IMG/VR virus record: IMGVR_UViG_3300032221_000083
Coordinates: 1 to 41,149 of that record
Origin: a virus
Taxonomy: Duplodnaviria; Caudoviricetes
Length of the DNA: 41,149 nt
Strand: one strand, 5' to 3'
Part shown: positions 1 through 8,575 of the stretch, one piece after another
Layout: the number at the start of each line of letters is the position of its first letter
How positions within the stretch are numbered: position 1 is the stretch's first letter
Translations under genes and position numbers: made by a program
Notes under the pieces: model-generated
The model's database searches: none
The model's input: only the letters and a program-made list of their open reading frames with translations
What the model was told of the DNA's origin: nothing

Positions 1-1
1 T

Positions 2-880
2 CCGGTTAAGGGCTCTGCGATCAGCGGAACAGCACAGTCTTGGGCTGAGTTTGTCTCTGTTGACCGCTGGTTAGCTGGTTGGACACAACCTGTATTCCGC
101 GCTTCGTACATCTACGGTGTAGCTAACCAGAACGACGATTGGTTTATTGGGGCCGAGCCATTCCCAGAAGATATATCGCCATCTCGCTGGCTTCTGCCTC
201 TAGCCGAGCCAGTTCGTACACGGACAATCACAACTGCCGTTACGGTAGCAGCATCTCAGTTCATTCCGCCTACGCCGCCTGAGGGGTATCCCATCAGCGG
301 GACTACTCAGTCTTGGGCGGAAGCAGTTAGTTCTGACCGTTGGGCTCAGCCTTGGCCGTTACCGGTTTGGAAGAAAACACTTCCCCTTGCTGCGATCCAG
401 ACTGCAGCAGACTTCCCGGGTATGGGCATCCCTGATGCTGCGTTTGATGTAGATACGTGGGTACAACCTTGGTCGCAGCCGTACTTCGCCCGTACGCTAA
501 AGACAAACCTGCAGACTGATTACACGCAGGATATCGGCGCAGCGATCACTTTCCCTGCTGATACGGGCATGGCCGCATGGGCGCAGCCGTGGTCTACTCC
601 CGTTCGGATGGTTGTACAGCCGCGCGCTACGACTTTCCCGGCGCAGGAGAACTGGGTTCTTTTCGAAGGCTTCTATGCCTACCTCTCTGCTACGGAGCCG
701 CAGGATACTCTCTTATTCTCCGTGGTTCATTGGGGTGCGCTAAGTACCTTCCACGGCAATATGCGGGTTTCTTACGAAGACCGTACGATGGTTGCGATGC
801 CGAGGGACGACGACGGCGCGATTATCATAAACGCTGAAAACCGCGTAATGACAGTCCCAGCCAGAACTGTTATACTTTAA
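2..880 (+). CDS. 5'-truncated virion/tail-associated protein with Trp/Pro-rich degenerate repeats
   Basis: Frame 2 is open from base 2 and continuous with the 422..880 ORF; recurring (D)xWxQPWxxPV-like units; lies upstream of tail genes. Confidence 0.6.
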   Translation, partial: PVKGSAISGTAQSWAEFVSVDRWLAGWTQPVFRASYIYGVANQNDDWFIGAEPFPEDISPSRWLLPLAEPVRTRTITTAVTVAASQFIPPTPPEGYPISGTTQSWAEAVSSDRWAQPWPLPVWKKTLPLAAIQTAADFPGMGIPDAAFDVDTWVQPWSQPYFARTLKTNLQTDYTQDIGAAITFPADTGMAAWAQPWSTPVRMVVQPRATTFPAQENWVLFEGFYAYLSATEPQDTLLFSVVHWGALSTFHGNMRVSYEDRTMVAMPRDDDGAIIINAENRVMTVPARTVIL

Positions 881-902
881 ACATGGCCGAAGGACCGCCC
901 GT

Positions 903-1190
903 ATGAAGCTCGGTAGCTATATAAAATCGCCAAACGAGAACAAGCAATACGTAATCGACTACTCAAAGTGGCTCGAAGACGGTGAAACTTTAGTATCGTC
1001 AGTCTTTTCGGTGTCTCCTACTGGTATGACAGTTGGAACAAACGTGATCGATGGAACTGGCACTCTATTGTCTTACTTTGTTAGCGGGGGCACAAACGGC
1101 GTATATTATGTGCTCACGGTTAGAGTAACTACGAACATTGGGCAGATTAAAGAAGACACCGTTCATTATAATGTACGGGCTGTAGCCTAA
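903..1190 (+). CDS. phage tail fibre adaptor-like small beta protein
   Basis: KSPNENKQYVIDYSKWL..GET and SGGTNG..Y.LTVRVTT motifs recalled from small phage tail-adaptor proteins; coupled to next gene (TAATG). Confidence 0.6.
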   Translation: MKLGSYIKSPNENKQYVIDYSKWLEDGETLVSSVFSVSPTGMTVGTNVIDGTGTLLSYFVSGGTNGVYYVLTVRVTTNIGQIKEDTVHYNVRAVA

Positions 1191-1819
1191 TGCCTATAAT
1201 TTCACCCCCAACTCCACCTATATCGCCACCTATTACAGGGAATACTTTCATGCCTCTTTCAAAATATTCTGGCGGTATGGACGAAGGGACTTATACCGTC
1301 GCAATTAATAAGATTATTGATGCGTTAAACGCGGCGAGCACAACGCTCTCGTCTTATGGATCGTTCTCAGATAATTCCGTTCTACAGGCAATAGTCAGTA
1401 CATCATCAGAGCAGGCTATTACATTCGATACTGTAGAAGTAAGTGATGGAGTTACACTCGCTAATTATTCGCAAATCACACTTCCCACTGTTGGATTATA
1501 TCTACTTGTATTTAGTGCATTATGTTCTACAGCTTCAAACCAAGTACAGTCTGTAGACATATGGTTTCGGAAAAACGGAGATAGTATAGTCCCAAGAAGT
1601 TCTACTCGTGTTTCGATACCAGCACAGGGGCATTATGCACCGATGACGGTCAGCGTAATTGTGGAAGCTACCGCAGTGGGCGACTATTACGAGCTTATGA
1701 TGTGTGGGTCGCTTGATACAAACACCGGACTAGCTACCGTAGCGGGGACGTCCGAAGGCCCAGATCGCCCAGACGCGCCTGCCATTATTGTAACTGTAAA
1801 CAAAATCAGCGTAAGCTAA
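1190..1819 (+). CDS. tail/fibre protein with C1q/BclA-CTD-like beta domain
   Basis: AITFDT...SQITLPTVGLYLLVFSA...GDYYEL pattern of TNF/C1q-like trimeric domains. Confidence 0.55.
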   Translation: MPIISPPTPPISPPITGNTFMPLSKYSGGMDEGTYTVAINKIIDALNAASTTLSSYGSFSDNSVLQAIVSTSSEQAITFDTVEVSDGVTLANYSQITLPTVGLYLLVFSALCSTASNQVQSVDIWFRKNGDSIVPRSSTRVSIPAQGHYAPMTVSVIVEATAVGDYYELMMCGSLDTNTGLATVAGTSEGPDRPDAPAIIVTVNKISVS

Positions 1820-1838
1820 TCGAGAACGGGACGCACGA

Positions 1839-2441
1839 ATGACTATCTCGATCACACACCCTTTTGTCTCGGCCAAAGTTGACGGTACGGACCCTACAGT
1901 CGTTCAGCCATCTAATTGGAACGAACAACATGTGATTTCAATATCGTCAGGTACCCTTATTGGGCGTTCCTCTGCTGGTATTGGCCCAGCGCAAGAATTG
2001 GATATTACACAGCTTCCCACAATGGGAACTGTTGGTGATCTTTTTGTTGGAACATCTGGCGGATATTTTCGTGCAACTGCTTCATTAGGATCATGGAGAA
2101 CTTCTCTTGGTACTAATGTTATCTCTTGGAATTATTCTACTGGAGATTTTACCGCTACTGGTAACGTGACTGCATATTCTGATGCCAGATTAAAAACTAA
2201 TGTTAGGACAATTGAGAACGCACTTGAACTGACTAAAGCTTTGCGAGGTGTATTTTATGATAATATAAATACTGGCGAAGCTGGCGTTGGCGTTATTGCG
2301 CAGGAATTACAAAAGATATTACCTCAGTTAGTAACTGATAATGATGGAACATTATCGGTTGCTTATGGAAACATAGTCGCTGTTTTAATTGAAGCTATAA
2401 AAACGCTTTCCAATAAGATAGACGAGCTAGAAGTAAAATGA
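1839..2441 (+). CDS. short tail fibre with C-terminal peptidase S74 intramolecular chaperone
   Basis: TAYSDARLKTNV...LRGVFY...GVIAQE...SVAYGNIVAVLIEAIK S74 signature. Confidence 0.85.
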   Translation: MTISITHPFVSAKVDGTDPTVVQPSNWNEQHVISISSGTLIGRSSAGIGPAQELDITQLPTMGTVGDLFVGTSGGYFRATASLGSWRTSLGTNVISWNYSTGDFTATGNVTAYSDARLKTNVRTIENALELTKALRGVFYDNINTGEAGVGVIAQELQKILPQLVTDNDGTLSVAYGNIVAVLIEAIKTLSNKIDELEVK

Positions 2442-2767
2442 AGGACTATATCATAGTCAATAATTCTACTTTCAACGAGTTTTTGGCTCGTACGGTCTCT
2501 CTAAATACAGAGGGATATAAATTCACTTTTGACTATGCAGAAAAGTTATCCAATATGGGGGCTACCTACCCCGGAGGATTTGGCTGCCTTCGCATGATTG
2601 GAGGTATGCCAGCAGAAAAAATGTTTCTGTCTCCTGATGTAGAATATAGATACTCTGACACGCAGAATAAATGGCTGGCTGACGGCCAAGAAACAAACTT
2701 GTCGAAGCTGGGGGTTATTCAAACTCTCTACGAATACTTTGTTACACTAGAGGGGCACCGCCCATGA
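2438..2767 (+). CDS. hypothetical protein (tail fibre module)
   Basis: 109-aa ORF with ATGA overlaps at both ends. Confidence 0.6.
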   Translation: MKDYIIVNNSTFNEFLARTVSLNTEGYKFTFDYAEKLSNMGATYPGGFGCLRMIGGMPAEKMFLSPDVEYRYSDTQNKWLADGQETNLSKLGVIQTLYEYFVTLEGHRP

Positions 2768-3447
2768 CGCTACCTAGTGGGTCAAACAATCCTCCGATTA
2801 GTATGAATGATATCAATACTGAGTTTGGTCTTGGTAGAGACTTAAACACGTACCGTGGTGTACGGTGGTATAGAGACACTAATGCTAGAGGTTATTTTTC
2901 TGCTGGGGCTATTTCTTTCTCTGATTTTTATGGAACCCGTAAAAATTCTCCTGTAGTGGCCGGGACTTCAACATATACCTCAAGCCAAACTATTAACTTC
3001 CCGATGTTCAATAACTTGACCGTAACAGTTGTAAGCGGGCAAGGCGGACAAGGCGGTATTAACGGAAACTGCGCGGGCGCTGGAGCAGGCGGAACCGGTG
3101 GTGCAACTTCTTTTGGAGGTTATGTTTCTGCAGCGGCGGCAAGTGGTGGCTCCCCCAGTGGCGGTGGCGGCGGGCAAAATTCAAATACAAGAAGTTGGGC
3201 GATAACTGATGCCAATCAAGCATCAATAATCGCGCTATACGGACAGGGCGTTTCTAGCACGGTAGGTTCAGGCGGTGGCGGCGGCGCTACTGGGTACAAC
3301 ACTCGTTCTGAGAATGTGTGTGTCCAGTATGCGTTTTACTACGGTATTCCTGTCTGTACTTGGTTAGTAACGCAGTACTACTGCGATAGCCCTGCTGGCG
3401 GTGGCGCTGGTGGCGCTAATGGTTATATCAGACTGGATTGGAACTAA
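2764..3447 (+). CDS. glycine-rich tail fibre tip/adhesin-like protein
   Basis: N-terminal MTLPSG..PISMNDINTEFG...ISFSDFYG motif, poly-Gly loops, C-terminal GYIRLDW; follows the S74 fibre. Confidence 0.65.
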   Translation: MTLPSGSNNPPISMNDINTEFGLGRDLNTYRGVRWYRDTNARGYFSAGAISFSDFYGTRKNSPVVAGTSTYTSSQTINFPMFNNLTVTVVSGQGGQGGINGNCAGAGAGGTGGATSFGGYVSAAAASGGSPSGGGGGQNSNTRSWAITDANQASIIALYGQGVSSTVGSGGGGGATGYNTRSENVCVQYAFYYGIPVCTWLVTQYYCDSPAGGGAGGANGYIRLDWN

Positions 3448-3449
3448 TC

Positions 3450-3803
3450 ATGATAGAAGAACTAGTCGCTAAAGTTTTCGCCACTAGAAACGCAGCGCAC
3501 ATTGCGCACTGGGCGTCAAAATCTTTTTCCCAACATTCCGCGTTGGGAGATTTCTACGATGCGTTAATTGATAAAATCGACGCAATTGTAGAGACATGTC
3601 AAGGCGCTCACGGCTTAATTGGAGACGTACCTTCAGAAGTCGTGCCCCCTAGGACTATTACGGAGCACATTGCTGAAGAGGCGCAGTGGATAGAAGATAA
3701 TCGTGAAGATATTGCTAACGGCTGTAAGGCTGTTGAAAATCTTCTTGATGATCTGACGGCCACTTATTTGACCACATATTACAAACTCACCAACCTTCGG
3801 TAG
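3450..3803 (+). CDS. ferritin/Dps-like four-helix protein (DUF5856-like)
   Basis: AHIAHW.SKSFSQHSALGDFYD..IDAIVE.CQG...TYYKLTNL; ATG at 3450 preferred over TTG at 3438. Confidence 0.7.
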   Translation: MIEELVAKVFATRNAAHIAHWASKSFSQHSALGDFYDALIDKIDAIVETCQGAHGLIGDVPSEVVPPRTITEHIAEEAQWIEDNREDIANGCKAVENLLDDLTATYLTTYYKLTNLR

Positions 3804-3812
3804 GAGATTATA

Positions 3813-4139
3813 ATGAAAAAGATGATGCCATTTGAAAAGTCCGCCAAGGACAAGAAGTCAGATAAGGGTATGAAAGAACGCTCAAAAGCTGACATGCTCA
3901 AAGATAAAATGATGAAATCAAAAATGGCGAGCGGCGGTAAGGCGATGAGCCCACGCGGAGCCATGACTGGCGGCGGTAAGCCGATGATGGGCAGCGCCGC
4001 TGTCCCCGGCGGTGGTACACCGATGATGAGCCCACGCGGAGCCATGACTGGCGGAGCTAAGCCAGCACCAAAGCCAATGATGGGTGGCGCTATGGCCGGT
4101 ATTAAAAAGGGCTACCGCAAGGGCGGCATGTGTAAATAA
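3813..4139 (+). CDS. Met/Gly/Lys-rich low-complexity small protein
   Basis: Strong RBS (TAGGAG); MPFEKSAKDK start; MSPRGAMTGG duplicated. Confidence 0.7.
   Translation: MKKMMPFEKSAKDKKSDKGMKERSKADMLKDKMMKSKMASGGKAMSPRGAMTGGGKPMMGSAAVPGGGTPMMSPRGAMTGGAKPAPKPMMGGAMAGIKKGYRKGGMCK
3944..4054 (+). repeat. 30-bp exact direct repeat, 2 copies (3944-3973, 4025-4054)
   Basis: GATGAGCCCACGCGGAGCCATGACTGGCGG occurs twice, in frame. Confidence 0.9.
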
Positions 4140-4333
4140 TGGCAAGAAAAATGTCTCTTGGCGGCAAGTTTGGGCTTCCAACCTTAGCTGCCGCCATGAA
4201 AGAGAAACGACCGTATCTTGGTGTTACTCAAGGTGGAAGTAGTCGTAAAAATAGCGGCGCTAAGCCTGCAGCTACGGATGGACAAAGACCTTCAAAGAAC
4301 TTCAAGAGCGTGTTTAAAAAGCTGGGAGTGTAA
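4139..4333 (+). CDS. small basic hypothetical protein
   Basis: 64 aa, Lys-rich, TAATG coupling. Confidence 0.6.
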   Translation: MARKMSLGGKFGLPTLAAAMKEKRPYLGVTQGGSSRKNSGAKPAATDGQRPSKNFKSVFKKLGV

Positions 4334-4335
4334 AT

Positions 4336-4581
4336 ATGAGCGGTGCAGACCAGATGCTTCTGGAGCTAGACAACCTCCTTCCTGAAAAAGAAGAAGGCGA
4401 TAAGCTCATAGTTCGTAAATCGACTAAGCAAAAGACGCCAAAATCTGAGGCAGCTTCAGTGATAGAAGTGCCCCAGTCAGAAGTTATGATTACTCGTGTC
4501 GAAGAATTGCCGCCAACGCTTTCGGCTCAGACTATTGCTGAAATGGAAGCTGGTCGCAAGGCGCTTCAAAACTACAGATAA
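4336..4581 (+). CDS. hypothetical protein
   Basis: RBS GGGAG; 81 aa ending LSAQTIAEMEAGRKAL. Confidence 0.6.
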   Translation: MSGADQMLLELDNLLPEKEEGDKLIVRKSTKQKTPKSEAASVIEVPQSEVMITRVEELPPTLSAQTIAEMEAGRKALQNYR

Positions 4582-4591
4582 GGTCTACGTT

Positions 4592-7078
4592 ATGGCCACT
4601 ATCAAACTTAGCGCTTTTAGTGGCATGGTCCCGGCAATAGATGATCGTCTATTACCGGTCAATAACGCTTCGTTTGCTCAGAACGCATGGTTGTATTCTG
4701 GAGCAATTAGTGCGTTTAATAGGCCGAAAACTGTATATACTGCTGCTTCAACAACAATTGGTAAGGTATATAGAATACCTAATCAATTTACAGACGCAGA
4801 GCATATACAAGATAGTATTTGGTTGGAGTTCCAAGAAGCTGACACTGACATCATTAAGTCGTCAGTTGTTGGCGACGTTTATGATCGATATTATTTTGCT
4901 GCAGCGGGTGTTATCCCTAAGTACAACACTAAGCAGCGTATTGATGACGATGATCCAGCGTTCTATCTTGGAGTACCGGCTCCCACTGTAGCACCGGGGC
5001 TTACTCATGCTGGTGGTACGGGTTCAGCGCAGACTAGATCGTATGTTATTACGTATCTTAGCGCATATAGTGAAGAAGGACCGCCTTCTCCTCCGGTCAC
5101 TGTAACTGGTAGAACCGATGGCACATGGACTTTAACGTGGACACCATACGTAGATGCTAATCGGAACATAACATCAGTTCGAATTTATCGAACTGTAACA
5201 AGTTCTCAAGGGGTCACTTCGTATTTCTTTGTCACCGAAGTTCCTATGTCTCCGGGATCTTACGCTGATACTGCGCTTGACGCTGCAATATCATCAAACG
5301 ATATCTTAGGCAGCAGTTCGTGGTTCCCTCCTCCTTCTGATCTAGAAGGATGGGTTACACTGCCTAACGGCATTATTGCTGGTTGGAGAGAGCAGGAGAT
5401 TTGGTTCTCCGAAGCTTATCGCCCACATGCATGGCCACCAGAATACGCGCTGTCCGTGGAGTATAATATTGTAGGCTTAGGTGTGTATGGGCAAACTTTG
5501 ATTGTTTGCACCGAGGGCTACCCATCTGCAATTACCGGTATTAATCCTGCCTCGATGTCGATGGCTAAAATTTCATCGTTTGAGCCATGTGTTTCTCGTG
5601 GGTCAATTGTTTCTGCGCCAGAAGGTGTTTATTACGCTTCCCCGAACGGTTTGATCCTCGCAGCCCAAGGTCAGTTCAATAATGTGACAAAGGCTGTAAT
5701 CACTAAAGATAAATGGCAAGAACTTGTTAGTCTTTCTACTTTTCGAGCGGCGCGTTTAGGAAGCGCGTACTACGCTTGGGGTACAGCGCGTTTAGGTATG
5801 TTTGAACCTACTGCGTTTGACGCAGATGCGTTCGAACAGAGCGATTACACTGGCGCGTATAACGGCATTTTTGTTGACCCTACTAACTTAGAAGCCATAA
5901 GCACGCTTTATAATCCTGTTCCTGTTACCAGTGTATTTAATGATCCATGGTCTGGCGAAGTCTTTACACTTAGAAATGGGTCTGTGGAATGGATCGACGT
6001 AACGGCGAATAATACGATACATGAGACTGCGCTGTGGAGATCGAAAGTATTTCAAACCGACTACAAGCAAAACTTTCAAGCCGCGAAAGTATTCTTTTCA
6101 GTTCCGGAGAATACGCCAGCTGATCCTGTACCTGTGGACATTACTACTTCTATTCAGCAGCTGGGTAAGGCGCTTTATTCTTATAATGTATTCTCTCAGG
6201 TATATCAGGCAATTCCAATATTGGGAGGAGCGTTCGCTGATTTTTACGCTACTGAAACAGTAAGCCCTAACTGTGATTTAGGAGCAGTTATTCATGACGC
6301 TACTGGGTTCACAAGTACGCAGATGACTGTTTTGTGGAACGTGGCAAATTCATATCCTACTCCGACTGTAACAGCTGATACTGTTAGCCGATATCAACTT
6401 TTTACAGCTTTGGTCTCGCAGAATGTTCTCTATTTGATTTATCAAGGACTAATAATTGACACAGAACCTTACGTTGAGTTTTATACTGGGCAGGCTCTCA
6501 CAAAAGACGGGGCGCTCGGTAGTTTTATACAAACTGAATTAAGTTATACCGCTGGGCAGATGACTAATCTGTGGGCTGTGGCTAAAGCGATCCCTGACCG
6601 TACAACTATCGGAGCGGAGTATATTACCAGAAACCAGTTGTTTAGGGCTCTGCGCGAGCAGAACCAACTAGATTATGTATATCAGCAAGTGCAGATAGAC
6701 AGCTTGATATGGGTCTGGTTCTACACAGCTACGACTGTAATCGCTACAGATACGTTAGGTACATTCGTTAAAAATACGCTTAGTTATACAGACGCCGAGA
6801 TGGCAGTGTTATGGGACTTAGCTAGAGAGTACATTTCTCCGCCAGCTGTTATAAATAATAATCTTGTGCAGACATACAACCCTACAGCGCAATACGGACT
6901 AGTTCGGTTCTACGCGGATGATGAGTTGATAGCTACGAGAGAACTTAGACGCTCTGGAGATCAGTTACGGCTACCTTCTGGTTTTAAATCTGATTACTGG
7001 CAAGTTGAGTTCGAAGGCACTGTGCATGTGTATTCGATCCAGATTGCTACGAGCGCGAAAGAACTCAGGGCGATCTAA
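4592..7078 (+). CDS. tail tube/nozzle (stabilisation) protein with internal triple repeat
   Basis: MATIKLSAFSGMVP start; TRSYVITY...EEGPPSP, IWFSEAYRPHAWP, GVYYASPNGL, WRSKVF and RLPSGFKSDYWQVE motifs recalled from podoviral tail tube proteins; ATG at 4592. Confidence 0.75.
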   Translation: MATIKLSAFSGMVPAIDDRLLPVNNASFAQNAWLYSGAISAFNRPKTVYTAASTTIGKVYRIPNQFTDAEHIQDSIWLEFQEADTDIIKSSVVGDVYDRYYFAAAGVIPKYNTKQRIDDDDPAFYLGVPAPTVAPGLTHAGGTGSAQTRSYVITYLSAYSEEGPPSPPVTVTGRTDGTWTLTWTPYVDANRNITSVRIYRTVTSSQGVTSYFFVTEVPMSPGSYADTALDAAISSNDILGSSSWFPPPSDLEGWVTLPNGIIAGWREQEIWFSEAYRPHAWPPEYALSVEYNIVGLGVYGQTLIVCTEGYPSAITGINPASMSMAKISSFEPCVSRGSIVSAPEGVYYASPNGLILAAQGQFNNVTKAVITKDKWQELVSLSTFRAARLGSAYYAWGTARLGMFEPTAFDADAFEQSDYTGAYNGIFVDPTNLEAISTLYNPVPVTSVFNDPWSGEVFTLRNGSVEWIDVTANNTIHETALWRSKVFQTDYKQNFQAAKVFFSVPENTPADPVPVDITTSIQQLGKALYSYNVFSQVYQAIPILGGAFADFYATETVSPNCDLGAVIHDATGFTSTQMTVLWNVANSYPTPTVTADTVSRYQLFTALVSQNVLYLIYQGLIIDTEPYVEFYTGQALTKDGALGSFIQTELSYTAGQMTNLWAVAKAIPDRTTIGAEYITRNQLFRALREQNQLDYVYQQVQIDSLIWVWFYTATTVIATDTLGTFVKNTLSYTDAEMAVLWDLAREYISPPAVINNNLVQTYNPTAQYGLVRFYADDELIATRELRRSGDQLRLPSGFKSDYWQVEFEGTVHVYSIQIATSAKELRAI

Positions 7079-7338
7079 TGAAGCTTGTATATCCATCAAT
7101 TCCAGACCCTGATGACAGTGGTGGCGGTCTAGCTAATACCGTCAGAGCGCTGAAACAGGCAGTTGAACAACTAACTGGACAACGGGCAAATGGCCCTGCG
7201 GCTCATGTCTTTACGCAAGATGATCCACCAGTAGCCATAGCTGTTGGCGATTTGTGGATAGCTACTAACGCTAAAAGCGCCCTTCGATATTGGAATGGCA
7301 ATCAGTGGGTTTTAATCTCGTCCCCAACCTATCCGTGA
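7078..7338 (+). CDS. small tail-associated protein
   Basis: YPSIPDP...ALKQAVEQLTGQR and GDLWI...LRYWNGNQWV module; coupled to tail tube gene. Confidence 0.65.
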   Translation: MKLVYPSIPDPDDSGGGLANTVRALKQAVEQLTGQRANGPAAHVFTQDDPPVAIAVGDLWIATNAKSALRYWNGNQWVLISSPTYP

Positions 7339-7349
7339 AGGAACCTAAT

Positions 7350-8144
7350 ATGCTCCGTCTTTTCGCTTTTATGTCTAGCTTACTTTTTGCGGTAAGCGCA
7401 TCAGCCCAGACTTGGGTGCAACCGCAGTGGGGTATGAATACAGCTATCAATCCGTACAACCTTAGCATTCGTCTAGGCACGCAGTTTTATAGTATAGGAA
7501 CTATGAGCTCTGCAGGTTTATGGACGCCGGACATAGGAAATGTTGCTGGAACTAGCGGGCATAAAATCCCATATCTGGACGCTGCCAACTCTTGGAGTTC
7601 AAAACAGACTTTCTCGGTAGCTCCCCGGTATAATGCTTTGACCGGATATGTGAATTGTAGTGGGTCAGCAGCGGATTGTACCGCAAGTGCGACGATCCCA
7701 TCTTCTGACCTTCTCGGAGTAACTACAGTATCTACAGCGGCAGCGGGGTATATTGGCGAGCAAATTTCGTCCGCTAATAATACTCCTGTCTCGTTGACAA
7801 CTGGCGTTGCGGCGAATGTGACGTCTATTCTTTTGACAGCTGGAGATTGGGAAGTATCTGGCTCTGTAACCCTTACTCCAGCTGGAACGACTACTGTTTC
7901 AAGTATATCTGCGAGTGCTAGTACGACATCCGCCACGTTGCCTTCTACTACTCTCGATGCGAATGGGTATCCAACAGTAGTCCTGTCCGCAAGTTTTGCT
8001 ACGGGCGTTGTTCAACGTATTGGGATTACGCCGTACAGAGTGAACGTATCGTCAAACACTACAGTATATCTTCTTGGGTATGCTAATTTCGCTACAAGTA
8101 CAATGACCGCAGTGGGTGTCATAAGGGCGAGAAGAGTTCGTTGA
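7350..8144 (+). CDS. tail fibre-like Ser/Thr-rich protein with Sec-type signal peptide
   Basis: RBS AAGGA then ATG 7350; MLRLFAFMSSLLFAVSASA|Q; C-terminal AAAGYIGE...LTAGDWEVSG...IRARRVR fibre-tip-like domain. Confidence 0.65.
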   Translation: MLRLFAFMSSLLFAVSASAQTWVQPQWGMNTAINPYNLSIRLGTQFYSIGTMSSAGLWTPDIGNVAGTSGHKIPYLDAANSWSSKQTFSVAPRYNALTGYVNCSGSAADCTASATIPSSDLLGVTTVSTAAAGYIGEQISSANNTPVSLTTGVAANVTSILLTAGDWEVSGSVTLTPAGTTTVSSISASASTTSATLPSTTLDANGYPTVVLSASFATGVVQRIGITPYRVNVSSNTTVYLLGYANFATSTMTAVGVIRARRVR

Positions 8145-8575
8145 TTTGTATAGGCAAACACAATTTTGGACAGCACATCGCCGCCGCCGCCGGAGTTATT
8201 TACAACCCGGCGGCGGATCATTGTGTCGCACGGGTTGAGAACGGTCGGCTTTTAGGTGGATGCGTTTACCAAGAGTTCACTGGAGCTAGTATTCGAATTT
8301 CTTCAGCGGGGTTTTCTCGTAAATGGGTAAGCCCATCTTTTGTATCTATAAGTTTTAATTACCCTTTCAGCCGTCTTGGGTGCGATAAACTTATAACTGT
8401 CTGTCATAGTGAAAAGCCATCTACTCTTGAAATTATTCGGTATTTGGGGTTTATTGAAGAGGCTAGGATTTCCATGGCGTATCTGGACGGAGACATGATA
8501 TTTTTTACCATGCTCCGCCCCCAATGCCGTTGGCTAAAAACTAAGCCCGCCATCCTGCAAGGAATACGGCCATGA
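8141..8575 (+). CDS. GNAT-family acetyltransferase (phage)
   Basis: FNYPFSRLGC...LGFIEEA...GDMIFFTMLRPQCRWL; usual position before ejection proteins. Confidence 0.75.
   Translation: MICIGKHNFGQHIAAAAGVIYNPAADHCVARVENGRLLGGCVYQEFTGASIRISSAGFSRKWVSPSFVSISFNYPFSRLGCDKLITVCHSEKPSTLEIIRYLGFIEEARISMAYLDGDMIFFTMLRPQCRWLKTKPAILQGIRP

Noticed and set aside
1190-8144. Diversity-generating retroelement acting on fibre genes
   Set aside because: No reverse transcriptase and no template/variable repeat pair seen in the window
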